From Flavobacteriales bacterium (GTDB taxonomy: Bacteria; Bacteroidota; Bacteroidia; CAIKAF01), in NCBI GenBank assembly GCA_025055575.1, contig JANWWP010000063.1, positions 19,697 to 83,696 of the forward strand: a DNA stretch of 64,000 nt, read 5' to 3'. The notes beneath the pieces are model-generated. The model did not search any database. It saw only the letters and a list, made by a program, of their open reading frames with translations, and was not told where the DNA came from. The first letter of the stretch is position 1. Every line of letters begins with the position of its first letter. Shown here in pieces: positions 15,546-25,102 of this stretch. Both the position numbers and the translations under genes were made by a program.

Positions 15546-18449
15546 ATGTCCGAAACCGTCAAAGAAGAACGCATCAACAAAGTTGCCAAGGATCTAGGGG
15601 TTCCTCCTAAGGATATTATTGAACATCTCCGGAAAGTAGATCCAGCAACCTACGGAAGCCTTAATCCCAATTCCAGGCTGGATGGCCGGGCTGTGGACCT
15701 GTGCATCCAGGAGTTTGCAAAGGACATGAAACTGGCTCAGGAGGCCCGGAAGCAGAAAGAAGAAAAAAGCCATCGCACCACGGTCACCCTTGAAGAGAAA
15801 GAAAAGACTGAGCTTTCAAAAGAAGAAAACGAAGTGGATTTAGGGGAAATTAGTTTCCTAAATCCCGAGATTTTAGAAAAAGAAGAAAAGCCAGCCTCCG
15901 GGCCTTCCACCATTTCACCGGCCAAAATTTCCGACGACACCGTATCGCAGCCGTCCCTCCAGAAGATTTCGGAAGCCTTGCCTGCTGCTTCAGAAGAAAA
16001 ATCGGAATCCCTCCAGGCTTTGCCGGGGCCTAAAGTCGTGGGAAAGATTGACCTGCCGGAAGCGCCATCCGCTAAGTCCAAAACTTCCAAAAAGAAAACG
16101 GTAAAAGATAAAGATAGCTCTGGCCTGGAAGGGACGCTTCCCCAAGCGGAGACTCCGGTGGACCCGACGGAAGACGCAACGAAATCTAAAGCCCCGGAAA
16201 AAGAGACCCCAGAACAGGCCCCTGACGCAGGACCTGCGGTCCCGGAACCCTTACAGCCTGTGCGCCAGGAGCCGGAATTGATCCGGGGTACGGTGGAAAA
16301 ACTGAGCGGCCCTAAAATTTTAGGCTCCATCACTTTGCGGGAGGAGCCGCCCAAATCCAAAGATTCGTCTAAAAAGCAGGAAAGCCAAACTCCTGGAGAT
16401 ACCAAGGATAAGCCGAAAGAGAAAAAGAAACGGCGCAGAATCATTTCTTCTTCCGGCAAAATTGATGTCGAAAAGGTGGTACGCAGCACCGATGCGGCCG
16501 ACGGGCGTTTCAGAAGTGGAAAAGACAAACCCGGGGAGGGCCAGCCGGCTTCAACTGAGGACTTTGGAAAGCGGGTTCGGGAAAATCTGCGCCAACTGGA
16601 GGAAAGAAAAAAAGCGCCTTTGGCAGCCTTGCGGCGCAAGAAAAAAGAGAAGGAGCAACTGGAGCGGGAAATGGAAAAAGCCCAGCAGGAAGCCCAAAAG
16701 AAAGTCCTGCGTGTGGCTGAATTTGTGCCCGCCTCGGAACTGGCTAAAATGATGGACGTGCAGGTGCAGCAAGTGATTCAGGCCTGCATGGAATTGGGCC
16801 GTATTATCTCCATCAACCAAAGGCTGGATGCTGAACTGATCACGGTAATAGCCGAAAGCTTCGGCTATACTGTGGAACTCGGCGAGGAAGATATTCAGGC
16901 AGGTATTCCTGATGAACCGGACGATCCCAGCCAATTGAAGCCCAGGCCTCCTGTGGTGACTGTGATGGGCCACGTGGATCACGGGAAAACCTCGCTGTTG
17001 GATTATATCCGCAAAACAAATGTGATCGCCGGAGAAGCCGGAGGCATTACACAACATATAGGAGCCTACGCTGTGGAACTGGAAGATGGCCGCCATATTA
17101 CATTTATTGATACACCGGGCCACGAAGCTTTCACCGCCATGCGTGCCCGGGGTGCCAAAGTGACCGATGTGGCCATTATTGTGATTGCTGCCGATGACTC
17201 CGTGATGCCTCAAACGGTGGAAGCCATCAACCATGCCCAAGCGGCCGGGGTTCCGATTGTTTTTGCTTTCAATAAAATGGACAAGCCGGGTGCCAACGCT
17301 GATAAAATCAGGGAGGCACTGGCCAACATGAATATCCTTGTGGAAGAATGGGGCGGGAAATACCAGTCCCAAGAAATTTCGGCTAAGACGGGCATGGGTG
17401 TCTCACAACTGTTGGAAAAAGTGCTCCTGGAGGCGGACATTCTGGAACTCAAGGCCAATCCCAACCGCCGCGCCCAAGGCACCGTGATCGAGGCCAGTCT
17501 GGATAAAGGACGGGGCTATCTGGCCACCATTTTGGTGCAAAATGGCACCCTCCGCACAGGGGATATCCTTCTGGCAGGTTCTTATAGCGGCAAGGCCAAG
17601 GCTCTCTTCAATGAACGAGGCCAGAAAATTGATGCGGCGGGCCCCAGCACGCCTGTGCGTGTCCTGGGTCTGGATGGCGCTCCCCAGGCCGGTGATAAGT
17701 TTGTGGTGCTGGACGATGAAAAGGAAGCCCGCGAACTTGCCAACAAACGCCAGCAACTTCTCCGTGAACAAGGATTGCGCGCCCGCAAGCACATCACTCT
17801 CGACGAAATCAGCCGCCGAATTTCCATCGGTGAATTCAAGCAACTGAACATCATTATTAAAGGCGATACCGATGGCTCCATCGAGGCTTTGGCAGATGCC
17901 CTGCTCAAGCTATCAACCGATAAAATCCAGGTGAACATCCTGCATAAATCCGTCGGACCTATCTCGGAATCGGATGTCCTTCTGGCTTCTGCTTCCGACG
18001 CCATTTTGATCGGGTTTAACGTGCGGCCATCGCCCAAAGCCAAAAACTTAGCCGAAAAAGAACAAATTGATGTGCGATCCTATTCGGTGATTTACCGCGC
18101 CATTGATGAAGTGAAAAGCGCCATGGAAGGCATGTTGGCGCCTGTGTTTGAGGAAAAAGTGACGGCCAATATCGAGGTGCGGGAAGTCTTCAATATTACC
18201 CGCGTGGGTAAGGTGGCCGGCTGCTATGTTTTAGATGGCAAAGTTTCCAGAACGGATAAAATTCGGGTGATTCGGAATGGTATTGTGTTGCACTCTGGAG
18301 AAATAGACTCCCTGAAACGATTCAAAGATGATGTGAAGGAGGTGAACCACGGGTATGAATGCGGTATTTCCATCAAAAACTTTAACGACATTCAAGTGGG
18401 CGACATCTTAGAAACCTATGCTGAAGTGCCCGTGACACCAAAACTTTAG
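15546..18449 (+). CDS. infB: Translation initiation factor IF-2
   Basis: [28 protein letters not shown] and NKMD G-domain motifs. ATG 15546 ([17 protein letters not shown]) is preferred over the TTG at 15468. Confidence 0.99.
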   Translation: MSETVKEERINKVAKDLGVPPKDIIEHLRKVDPATYGSLNPNSRLDGRAVDLCIQEFAKDMKLAQEARKQKEEKSHRTTVTLEEKEKTELSKEENEVDLGEISFLNPEILEKEEKPASGPSTISPAKISDDTVSQPSLQKISEALPAASEEKSESLQALPGPKVVGKIDLPEAPSAKSKTSKKKTVKDKDSSGLEGTLPQAETPVDPTEDATKSKAPEKETPEQAPDAGPAVPEPLQPVRQEPELIRGTVEKLSGPKILGSITLREEPPKSKDSSKKQESQTPGDTKDKPKEKKKRRRIISSSGKIDVEKVVRSTDAADGRFRSGKDKPGEGQPASTEDFGKRVRENLRQLEERKKAPLAALRRKKKEKEQLEREMEKAQQEAQKKVLRVAEFVPASELAKMMDVQVQQVIQACMELGRIISINQRLDAELITVIAESFGYTVELGEEDIQAGIPDEPDDPSQLKPRPPVVTVMGHVDHGKTSLLDYIRKTNVIAGEAGGITQHIGAYAVELEDGRHITFIDTPGHEAFTAMRARGAKVTDVAIIVIAADDSVMPQTVEAINHAQAAGVPIVFAFNKMDKPGANADKIREALANMNILVEEWGGKYQSQEISAKTGMGVSQLLEKVLLEADILELKANPNRRAQGTVIEASLDKGRGYLATILVQNGTLRTGDILLAGSYSGKAKALFNERGQKIDAAGPSTPVRVLGLDGAPQAGDKFVVLDDEKEARELANKRQQLLREQGLRARKHITLDEISRRISIGEFKQLNIIIKGDTDGSIEALADALLKLSTDKIQVNILHKSVGPISESDVLLASASDAILIGFNVRPSPKAKNLAEKEQIDVRSYSVIYRAIDEVKSAMEGMLAPVFEEKVTANIEVREVFNITRVGKVAGCYVLDGKVSRTDKIRVIRNGIVLHSGEIDSLKRFKDDVKEVNHGYECGISIKNFNDIQVGDILETYAEVPVTPKL

Positions 18450-18466
18450 CCATTTTAAAGGCCGCC

Positions 18467-18985
18467 ATGGAATCCGGTCCGGAAAATATCCTTCTGAGTC
18501 TGGAGCGCATTTGGTACATTGTCGGTACAACATTCGAAAGTCTCGTGCGGCCGGGCGTTGAGGACCCCACCTTACGCCTTTTAATTGTGCGCCACGAAGC
18601 GCCGGTGATCATGGAGGGTGTCCTGAAATTCAAAAAAAACGGTTTTTACCGCGAGCATTCTTTTCAGCTCAGCACACAGAATCCGGAGAATCTAAATTTT
18701 TCTATTAAAGAAAAAAGTTGGCTTTTTGGAGGTCGCCATTCCGTCGTCCTCTGGCCGGATGCATCCAAGGAATGGATGATATGGAAGGAGACCTTACCGC
18801 GGCGTCGGTGGGTGTGGCATCTCCTGAGCGCATCGCCCCATCCCGAACGCGACGCGCTTCACGCTTTTCTCCTTTCAACGGCAAAACATCACCCCGAGGT
18901 GGCTAACGGATTCTTAAAATTCCAGCCTTGTATTCAGCGCTCTGAAAAAGCAGACTTGAGCATTTCCCCGGGGGCATTGAACTGA
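18467..18985 (+). CDS. Hypothetical protein (172 aa)
   Basis: ATG start 17 bp after infB, fills the gap before the convergent gene; no recognised family. Confidence 0.55.
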   Translation: MESGPENILLSLERIWYIVGTTFESLVRPGVEDPTLRLLIVRHEAPVIMEGVLKFKKNGFYREHSFQLSTQNPENLNFSIKEKSWLFGGRHSVVLWPDASKEWMIWKETLPRRRWVWHLLSASPHPERDALHAFLLSTAKHHPEVANGFLKFQPCIQRSEKADLSISPGALN

Positions 18986-18995
18986 ACAGCGAGTT

Positions 18996-19964
18996 TTAGC
19001 CTAGAGGCATCAAATGACAGCCTCTCACATCCGCATCCGCCAGCCTTCCAAGAACTTTGAAGCGGCCATCTTCATACACCCTGCCAAGGTCTTCTGTGGC
19101 TAAAAAAGCACAGGAATGCAGATTGGCCAGGTCGGTGATGAGCAAGCGGCCTTCACCTGTGGCCAAGGCAGGTCCCAACGGGTCATCTGCTTCCTGAACC
19201 ATGACGCGCATCCAGGGCGGGCACTGAAAAAGGCCCTCCGATAAGGCATAGGCCTGTGAATGTAATTCCGTCATGCCGTATTCGCTGAGAATGCGTGAGG
19301 CGGGAAAAGCTTTCTTCAGCCTATCATATAATTCTTCTTTACTGATTTCTTTTCCTTGGCGCTTCATGCCGCCCGTTTCCATGATGGTGAGTTGTGGATA
19401 ATACCCCTGGAATTTTTCCGACCATTCCAGGAGGGCGTAAGTGGCGCCCAGGAGAAGAATGGGCTTCCCATTTTTTGACAGGTTTTTTATTTGGGCGCTC
19501 AGGCCCACAAAGTCCCGTTTGAAAAAGGCCTGATGGGTCTCCGTGCTGGCCTCATGCAGAAAACGGGCCATTTGCACTAGGGAAGCGTGGGGGCGCTCAA
19601 GATATCCTGGCAGAAGGAATAGAAATGCGTACTGTTGAGGTGGCCCCAAAACCCTTTCAAAACCCGCCAAAACCACTTGCCGGTACCAGTCCAGCGAGGC
19701 AATGAAGTGACGGGAAACTTGGGATCCGGTGGTGCCGCTGCTGCAAAAAACGGCTTCAGCGGGTTGAGAAAAATCGTAGACGTCCGATGTTTTGAAAAAT
19801 TGAATGGGGAGATATACAATATCAGATTTTAAACTCCGGCCTTCAGAAATTAAAAAATCCCGCCATTTTTTTAAGGGCTCCACCTCGGAACTCTGTTTCT
19901 GGAAAAGAACTTTGGCCCATGGGCCGAAAGCTTCGCGTGGGAAGGCTTCAGGAGCGAAGCGCAT
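18996..19964 (-). CDS. LuxE/PaaK-like acyl-protein synthetase (adenylate-forming)
   Basis: FCSSGTTG P-loop-like motif, METGGMK, SEYGMTEL, DLANLHSCAFLATEDLG and GRLADADVRGC. Confidence 0.8.
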   Translation of the reverse strand: MRFAPEAFPREAFGPWAKVLFQKQSSEVEPLKKWRDFLISEGRSLKSDIVYLPIQFFKTSDVYDFSQPAEAVFCSSGTTGSQVSRHFIASLDWYRQVVLAGFERVLGPPQQYAFLFLLPGYLERPHASLVQMARFLHEASTETHQAFFKRDFVGLSAQIKNLSKNGKPILLLGATYALLEWSEKFQGYYPQLTIMETGGMKRQGKEISKEELYDRLKKAFPASRILSEYGMTELHSQAYALSEGLFQCPPWMRVMVQEADDPLGPALATGEGRLLITDLANLHSCAFLATEDLGRVYEDGRFKVLGRLADADVRGCHLMPLG

Positions 19965-19993
19965 ACCCCTTCGCAGGTGTGCGGATGGATAGG

Positions 19994-20266
19994 TTAGAAA
20001 TCCTCGTCATCATCAAAATCATCATCCGCAAGGTCTAAAGCGTCGTCATCCAGGTCAGGCTTCAACTCTTCCAGATCGGGTTCCCGGTCCATATCCTCAT
20101 CCGAGTCTAAATCCTGAGAATACACCGAATCTATGCCCTCGTACACATCATTTTCATAGTTGTCTGGCAGGTTGCTGAATTTGCGAGGTCTGGGGGAAGG
20201 TGCATCCGAATCGCTGTCGGGAAGTTGGGAATTTTTGAGAGGGGTAGATTTTTTTCTCATAGGCAT
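19994..20266 (-). CDS. Small protein with basic N-terminus and very acidic tail (90 aa)
   Basis: ATG start, its own -7 box at 20292-20299, no competing long ORF; 23 of the last 40 residues are D/E. Confidence 0.7.
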   Translation of the reverse strand: MPMRKKSTPLKNSQLPDSDSDAPSPRPRKFSNLPDNYENDVYEGIDSVYSQDLDSDEDMDREPDLEELKPDLDDDALDLADDDFDDDEDF

Positions 20267-20291
20267 TTGGGCTTATTTGAAATCCGCAATA

Positions 20292-20299
20292 CAAAAATA
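20292..20299 (-). promoter_or_regulatory. -7 promoter box TATTTTTG for the acidic-protein/LuxE-like unit
   Basis: Exact TAnnTTTG on the minus strand; a TTTG (-33-like) lies at 20322-20325, 22 nt upstream. Confidence 0.6.
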
Positions 20300-20413
20300 A
20301 TAGGGTTGTTTGTTTCAATTACAAATTTGGAGATTTTGGAGCATGGATTAATTTAAGGTTTCAATTGTTTTTATGTTAATCCGGGATTAATAATTTGATA
20401 AAATAGGTATGGG

Positions 20414-20421
20414 TAGCTTTG
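20414..20421 (+). promoter_or_regulatory. -7 promoter box TAGCTTTG for the response regulator
   Basis: Exact TAnnTTTG, 7 nt before ATG 20429. Confidence 0.7.
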
Positions 20422-20428
20422 TCCCCGT

Positions 20429-21118
20429 ATGTCCAACAATTCACAAATTCATATTTTGTTGGTGGACGATGAGCCGGATATTTTGGAGCTCCTTGAATAT
20501 CACCTAGTAAAAGAAGGCTACACAGTGCACACGAGCACCAACGGAAGGGATGCGCTGGCAAAAATACGGGAGTCCAAGCCCCACCTTGTGGTTCTGGATG
20601 TCATGATGCCCGATATGGATGGCATTGAAACCTGCCGCGAAATCCGTGGGATGAAAGATATGGAGGATGTGTTGATTGCCTTTCTGACGGCGCGGGGCGA
20701 AGATTATTCCCATGAAGCCGGGCTCGATGCCGGTGCGGATGATTACATTATCAAACCCATCAAACCCAGGGTATTTTTGAGCCGTATTCGAGCCCTGCTG
20801 CGGCGCAGTCGTATTTCCGAAGTCGAGGACAACAGTGTTTTGGATTTCGGGGAGCTTCAAATCAACCGCGAACGCTACACCATCACTTACAACGGAAAGG
20901 AAATTGAACTGCCCAAAAAGGAATATGAATTATTGAGTCTTTTGGCCTCAAAACCAGGAAAAGTATTTCGGCGCGATGAAATTCTGAGAGCCATTTGGGG
21001 CGATGAAGTGGTGGTGGGCGACCGCACCATTGATGTGCATATTCGTAAAATCCGGGAAAAACTTGACGATAAATTTATCCGTACCATCAAAGGTGTAGGC
21101 TATAAATTTGACTTTTAA
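20429..21118 (+). CDS. OmpR/PhoB-family response regulator (PhoB/PhoP-like)
   Basis: Receiver domain (LLVDDE, VLDVMMPDMDG, YIIKP) and winged helix (RTIDVHIRKIREKL, TIKGVGYKF). Confidence 0.93.
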   Translation: MSNNSQIHILLVDDEPDILELLEYHLVKEGYTVHTSTNGRDALAKIRESKPHLVVLDVMMPDMDGIETCREIRGMKDMEDVLIAFLTARGEDYSHEAGLDAGADDYIIKPIKPRVFLSRIRALLRRSRISEVEDNSVLDFGELQINRERYTITYNGKEIELPKKEYELLSLLASKPGKVFRRDEILRAIWGDEVVVGDRTIDVHIRKIREKLDDKFIRTIKGVGYKFDF

Positions 21119-21151
21119 CAACGTTTTGAGGAGCCGAAAGCGTTCTATAAA

Positions 21152-22276
21152 TTGAAAAACCAAACCCCGGCCAAACTTTCTTTTTACTCCTCTCTCTTGG
21201 TGGCGCTGATTTCCACGCTGATCGGCGCGTTGTTCTATTTTTTTATTTTTAAGTCCTTCTCTGCCTGGTTTTGGTTGGCCCAGGCTTTAGTGATGACCGC
21301 TACAGGTTATGTGATTTTCCGTTACACCATCAACACCTTTATCTATGATAAAATCAAGCTGGTGTATAAGACCATCCACCAGATGAAATTGGGTAGAAAA
21401 AAGGAAGATTTACGGAAAAAATTGGGCAGCGGGGACGATATTATTTCAGATGTTAAAAAAGAAGTGGAGGAATGGGAAAAGGTTAAAACGGAAGAAATCA
21501 ATGCTTTGAAAAGGGATGAAAAATTCCGCCGGGAGTTTATTGGAAATCTTGCCCATGAACTGAAGACCCCCATTCATATTATTCAGGGATTCATCACCAC
21601 GTTGCAAGACGATCCGGACATTGATCTTGAGACCCGGAAGAAATTCATCGAAAAAGCAGCCCGCAATGTGGAACGTATGATCAGCCTGATCAACGATTTG
21701 GATACCATTTCGCGTTTGGAATCCCGTCAGGTGCAATTGGAGTTGGAAAGCGTGAATATCGTGAAACTGGTGGAAGAGGTTTTCGAGTCGTTAGAACTAA
21801 AGGCCCGGGAGCGCCAAATTCGGCTTTACCTGAAGCACGAGAATATTGGCAATCCCCATGTGCTGGGGGATGCGGCTTCGCTGAAGCAGGTGCTCATCAA
21901 TCTGGTGTACAATTCTATCGTTTATGGCAACGCGGGAGGGAGCACGAAGGTGTGTTTTTTTGAGATGGGCGACCACATTCTGGTGGAGGTGGCCGACGAT
22001 GGCCCCGGAATAGCTCCTGAGCATTTAAACCGCATTTTCGAACGTTTCTACCGGGTGGATAAAAGCCGTTCCCGCAACATGGGTGGCACCGGCCTGGGGC
22101 TGGCCATCGTGAAGCATATTCTGGAGGCGCATGTGGAGAGCGCCGGAGCGCATCCCATCAATGTGCGCAGCGAAGTGGGGAAGGGGGCCACCTTCAGTTT
22201 TGCCCTTCTGAAATACAGCCAACGCAATAAGGTACCCCTCAAGATGGCGGGAGAAAATGGCGGGTCTTCAGGTTGA
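21152..22276 (+). CDS. Sensor histidine kinase (PhoR-like)
   Basis: Two N-terminal TM helices; H-box LAHELKTP, N-box NLVYNS, DDGPGI, FERFYRVDKSRSR and GGTGLGLAIVKH; TTG start. Confidence 0.92.
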   Translation: MKNQTPAKLSFYSSLLVALISTLIGALFYFFIFKSFSAWFWLAQALVMTATGYVIFRYTINTFIYDKIKLVYKTIHQMKLGRKKEDLRKKLGSGDDIISDVKKEVEEWEKVKTEEINALKRDEKFRREFIGNLAHELKTPIHIIQGFITTLQDDPDIDLETRKKFIEKAARNVERMISLINDLDTISRLESRQVQLELESVNIVKLVEEVFESLELKARERQIRLYLKHENIGNPHVLGDAASLKQVLINLVYNSIVYGNAGGSTKVCFFEMGDHILVEVADDGPGIAPEHLNRIFERFYRVDKSRSRNMGGTGLGLAIVKHILEAHVESAGAHPINVRSEVGKGATFSFALLKYSQRNKVPLKMAGENGGSSG

Positions 22277-22327
22277 TAAGACAAGTGGGTAGAAGATCCT
22301 AAAATTTTTCCCTTCAAAGCCGGAAGT

Positions 22328-23389
22328 TTAATCAGGCTGCGGTCTCGGACCCACACTCCGGGCTATGGCTTCCACCTGGAACATGTAGGTGCGTTTGTTG
22401 AAGGCCGGGGCATACACATAAGCCCACACCGAGAACAGCTTTTTTTTAATCGGGTCAAAATAGCGGAGGCCCACAAAGGGCCCGCCCTTAAATTCCCCGT
22501 GCATACGCCAAAGACCTCGTATGCGCAGGCCATAGGCCCCGTTCAGGGAGATGGCACTGCTGTCGCAGGGTACGCGGGGCTCCACTTCCATCCATGTGCT
22601 GTCCTTGGCACCATGGACTTTTTGACGGAGCACAGGGGCAAAATCGGACAAAAAAGAACCTACAGAAAAGCGGGAAGCCTGGTCATAGGGGCCGCTCTGG
22701 ATTAAAATGCCCCGCTCAATTACGCCCCGGTGCCCACCGGGAAGGCTTCGTTCTGCGATGTGGCGCACGTAGGCCTTAGCTTGGCCTGTGTCCACACAAA
22801 AAAAGCCGGCCGGCAAAGCCAGCCTGGCTCCGGTAGCCTTTTCTACTTGTGCTACAGCTTCCGATGCGGGATTTTTCTCAAAATCCTCCATCAGACGCTC
22901 CAGATCTCTTTGATAAAACAATGCCTCAATTTCCTCCCGTTTCTCCCGAAATGCCGATTGAAATCCATTTTCCCCCTGCACATTCAATTGAACCACCCTC
23001 TGGCGGCGGGCCCATTTGTTGTCCTGCATGGCCAGCATGGGAGTGCCTTTGGGTGCATCCAAGTTGACAAGCAATACGTTGCGATGGTATTTGAACACGC
23101 TGCCGAAATGCGCATCATCGATCCTAAAAACCTTGTAGAAGGCTTCCGGCTGGAGCATTACCCGCATGGGACGGGAAAACCAGGCTTTTAAGGTATCCAG
23201 CACCGGGTTGGGTTCCTGCACATAGGCTGGTGGAAGCACCACCACCACTTCGCCGGGATGCCCGGTGGCTTCTTTCATCATCCAGGTGGCATTGCCGTCG
23301 CACCCACTGGAGAAGACTATGAAAAGTCCTGCCGGAAACCAAGAGAATCCCCACGCAGAGGACCTTCTTTTTAAAAAGCTAAAAATCAT
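22328..23389 (-). CDS. DUF4837 family lipoprotein
   Basis: Lipobox FSSGC; ATGHPGEVVVV, LRIRGLWRM, KGGPFV and YAPAFNKR motifs; ATGA overlap with mltD. Confidence 0.75.
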   Translation of the reverse strand: MIFSFLKRRSSAWGFSWFPAGLFIVFSSGCDGNATWMMKEATGHPGEVVVVLPPAYVQEPNPVLDTLKAWFSRPMRVMLQPEAFYKVFRIDDAHFGSVFKYHRNVLLVNLDAPKGTPMLAMQDNKWARRQRVVQLNVQGENGFQSAFREKREEIEALFYQRDLERLMEDFEKNPASEAVAQVEKATGARLALPAGFFCVDTGQAKAYVRHIAERSLPGGHRGVIERGILIQSGPYDQASRFSVGSFLSDFAPVLRQKVHGAKDSTWMEVEPRVPCDSSAISLNGAYGLRIRGLWRMHGEFKGGPFVGLRYFDPIKKKLFSVWAYVYAPAFNKRTYMFQVEAIARSVGPRPQPD

Positions 23390-24930
23390 GCCAGAGGCTT
23401 GATTTTAAGCCGGTCGCCCACACGGAGGTATTTGCTTCTCAGGTTGTTGAGTCGCATGATTTGAGCCACAGAAACATTGTATTTCTGGGAGATGGAATAC
23501 AACGTTTCGCCGCGTTTGACTTGATGATAGGTGAAATGAGACTGTTTTTGGGACGGGCCTTTTTCTGGCACAGAATTTTTGGGTGGAGTGTGTGCTGTGC
23601 TCACCGCTTCCTGGGAGGGAGAGGCCGCCAGACGAATGAGCAGCTTTTGCCCGGGGGACAAAACATCGCTGTGGAGATTGTTCCAAGTGCGGATATCGAA
23701 CACCCGCACTTCGTATTTGCGGGCTATGGCGGTGAGGTATTCACCGGATTTCACCACGTGCCAAATTTCTTTTACGAAACTGTTGGCCGCGTTTGAAGAA
23801 TCGGGCTCGGGTAGCCGGGCGGCCACGGCGCTGTCCACCGAGGGCGCCACCACCGGTTCCAGAATGCGGTAGAGTTGGTGTTCGTTGGCCATGAATGGCC
23901 CGACATATTTACGGGGAATAAAGAGGGGATACGGCTTGTAATTTCCGGGAATGATATCTTTTACATACATGGGATTCAGCACCCTCAGGTCTTCCACGGA
24001 TATCCCGAGCACACTGGAAATTTGCTGGAAAGTGACGTTTTTATATATTGTGACGCTGTCGATCTCCGGATTGAAAAATTTGGGTTGCAGGGGGAAAAGA
24101 TTATGCTCTTTGTGATAATGCATCACATACACCACGGCAATAAAGGCTGGCACGTAGCTTTGGGTTTCACGTGGGAGAAAGGGCCGCACCTCCCAATAGT
24201 TCATTTTTCCGCCCGCGCGCCGCAGGGCTTTGTTGATGGTGCCCGGCCCTGCGTTATAGGCAGCCAAAGCGAGATTCCAGTCGTTGTAAAGACTGTGCAA
24301 ATATTTTAAATAACGGCACGCAGCCTCTGTGGATTTTTCAGGGAAGCACCGTTCGTCCACGAAGGAATTGACCTGCAGGTCGTACAACAGGCCGGTGCGG
24401 TACATGAATTGCCACAAGCCTGTGGCGCCGGCGGGAGACCGTGCAATGGGGTTCAATGCCGACTCCACCACCGCCAGATATTTCAGCTCTACGGGCAACC
24501 CATGGCGCAGCAACTTTTCTTCGAACATGGGGAAATACAGCTGGGCCATCGCCATCACGCGGGGAACAATGTGACGCTTGCGGCGGGCATACAGGTCAAT
24601 AAAGGCCCTCACCTGGTCATTGAAAACCAGTTCGAAAGGGGTGGCCGCATCCAATCTGCGAATGCGTTGCTCAAACACATCGTCCGGATACCAAGGCACA
24701 GAATCCAGGGGAAATTTGTACACATTCAAACGTTCCCTGTCTGCCGTGAATTGGTGGTGTGAAAAAAAATTCAGAATATCCAGCGAATCCATCATCGCCA
24801 CCACGGGATCGTCTTTGGCCGGAATAAAATAGGTTTGATTGAAAGCGGATTTGCCTCCAAGTGCCCAACAGAAAAAAAGAAAAAACAAAACCGCTTGCCT
24901 CTGTTTTAGAAAAGAGGAATGCATTCTCAA
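23386..24930 (-). CDS. mltD: Membrane-bound lytic murein transglycosylase D-like (SLT plus two LysM domains)
   Basis: YLAVVESALNP, GATGLWQFM and ALAAYNAG motifs; two LysM domains (HVVKSGEYL, HQVKRGETL). Start TTG 24930 or ATG 24924. Confidence 0.9.
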   Translation of the reverse strand: MRMHSSFLKQRQAVLFFLFFCWALGGKSAFNQTYFIPAKDDPVVAMMDSLDILNFFSHHQFTADRERLNVYKFPLDSVPWYPDDVFEQRIRRLDAATPFELVFNDQVRAFIDLYARRKRHIVPRVMAMAQLYFPMFEEKLLRHGLPVELKYLAVVESALNPIARSPAGATGLWQFMYRTGLLYDLQVNSFVDERCFPEKSTEAACRYLKYLHSLYNDWNLALAAYNAGPGTINKALRRAGGKMNYWEVRPFLPRETQSYVPAFIAVVYVMHYHKEHNLFPLQPKFFNPEIDSVTIYKNVTFQQISSVLGISVEDLRVLNPMYVKDIIPGNYKPYPLFIPRKYVGPFMANEHQLYRILEPVVAPSVDSAVAARLPEPDSSNAANSFVKEIWHVVKSGEYLTAIARKYEVRVFDIRTWNNLHSDVLSPGQKLLIRLAASPSQEAVSTAHTPPKNSVPEKGPSQKQSHFTYHQVKRGETLYSISQKYNVSVAQIMRLNNLRSKYLRVGDRLKIKPLA

Positions 24931-25072
24931 AAAAAATCCTTTTCACAATATTAATCAAATTCAGCGGACATCCAGTCCTTGGGCTCCAGGATTTAGGAAA
25001 ATCTTAACAATTACACAGCGTTCCGGAGCTATCTGAAATAGAAAGGCGTTTTGAAAACCCGCTGAAAAATGC

Positions 25073-25080
25073 TACATTTG
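25073..25080 (+). promoter_or_regulatory. -7 promoter box TACATTTG of prs-rplY
   Basis: Exact TAnnTTTG, 22 nt before ATG 25103. Confidence 0.75.
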
Positions 25081-25102
25081 CGGCCCCAAAAATTGTGCCG
25101 GG

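Noticed and set aside
15737-17372. 300-aa and 273-aa antisense ORFs over infB
   Set aside because: They mirror the low-complexity K/E/P-rich IF2 N-terminus and GC codon bias.
18996-19964. Bioluminescence (lux) operon
   Set aside because: Only a LuxE-like gene is present; there is no luxA, luxB, luxC or luxD.
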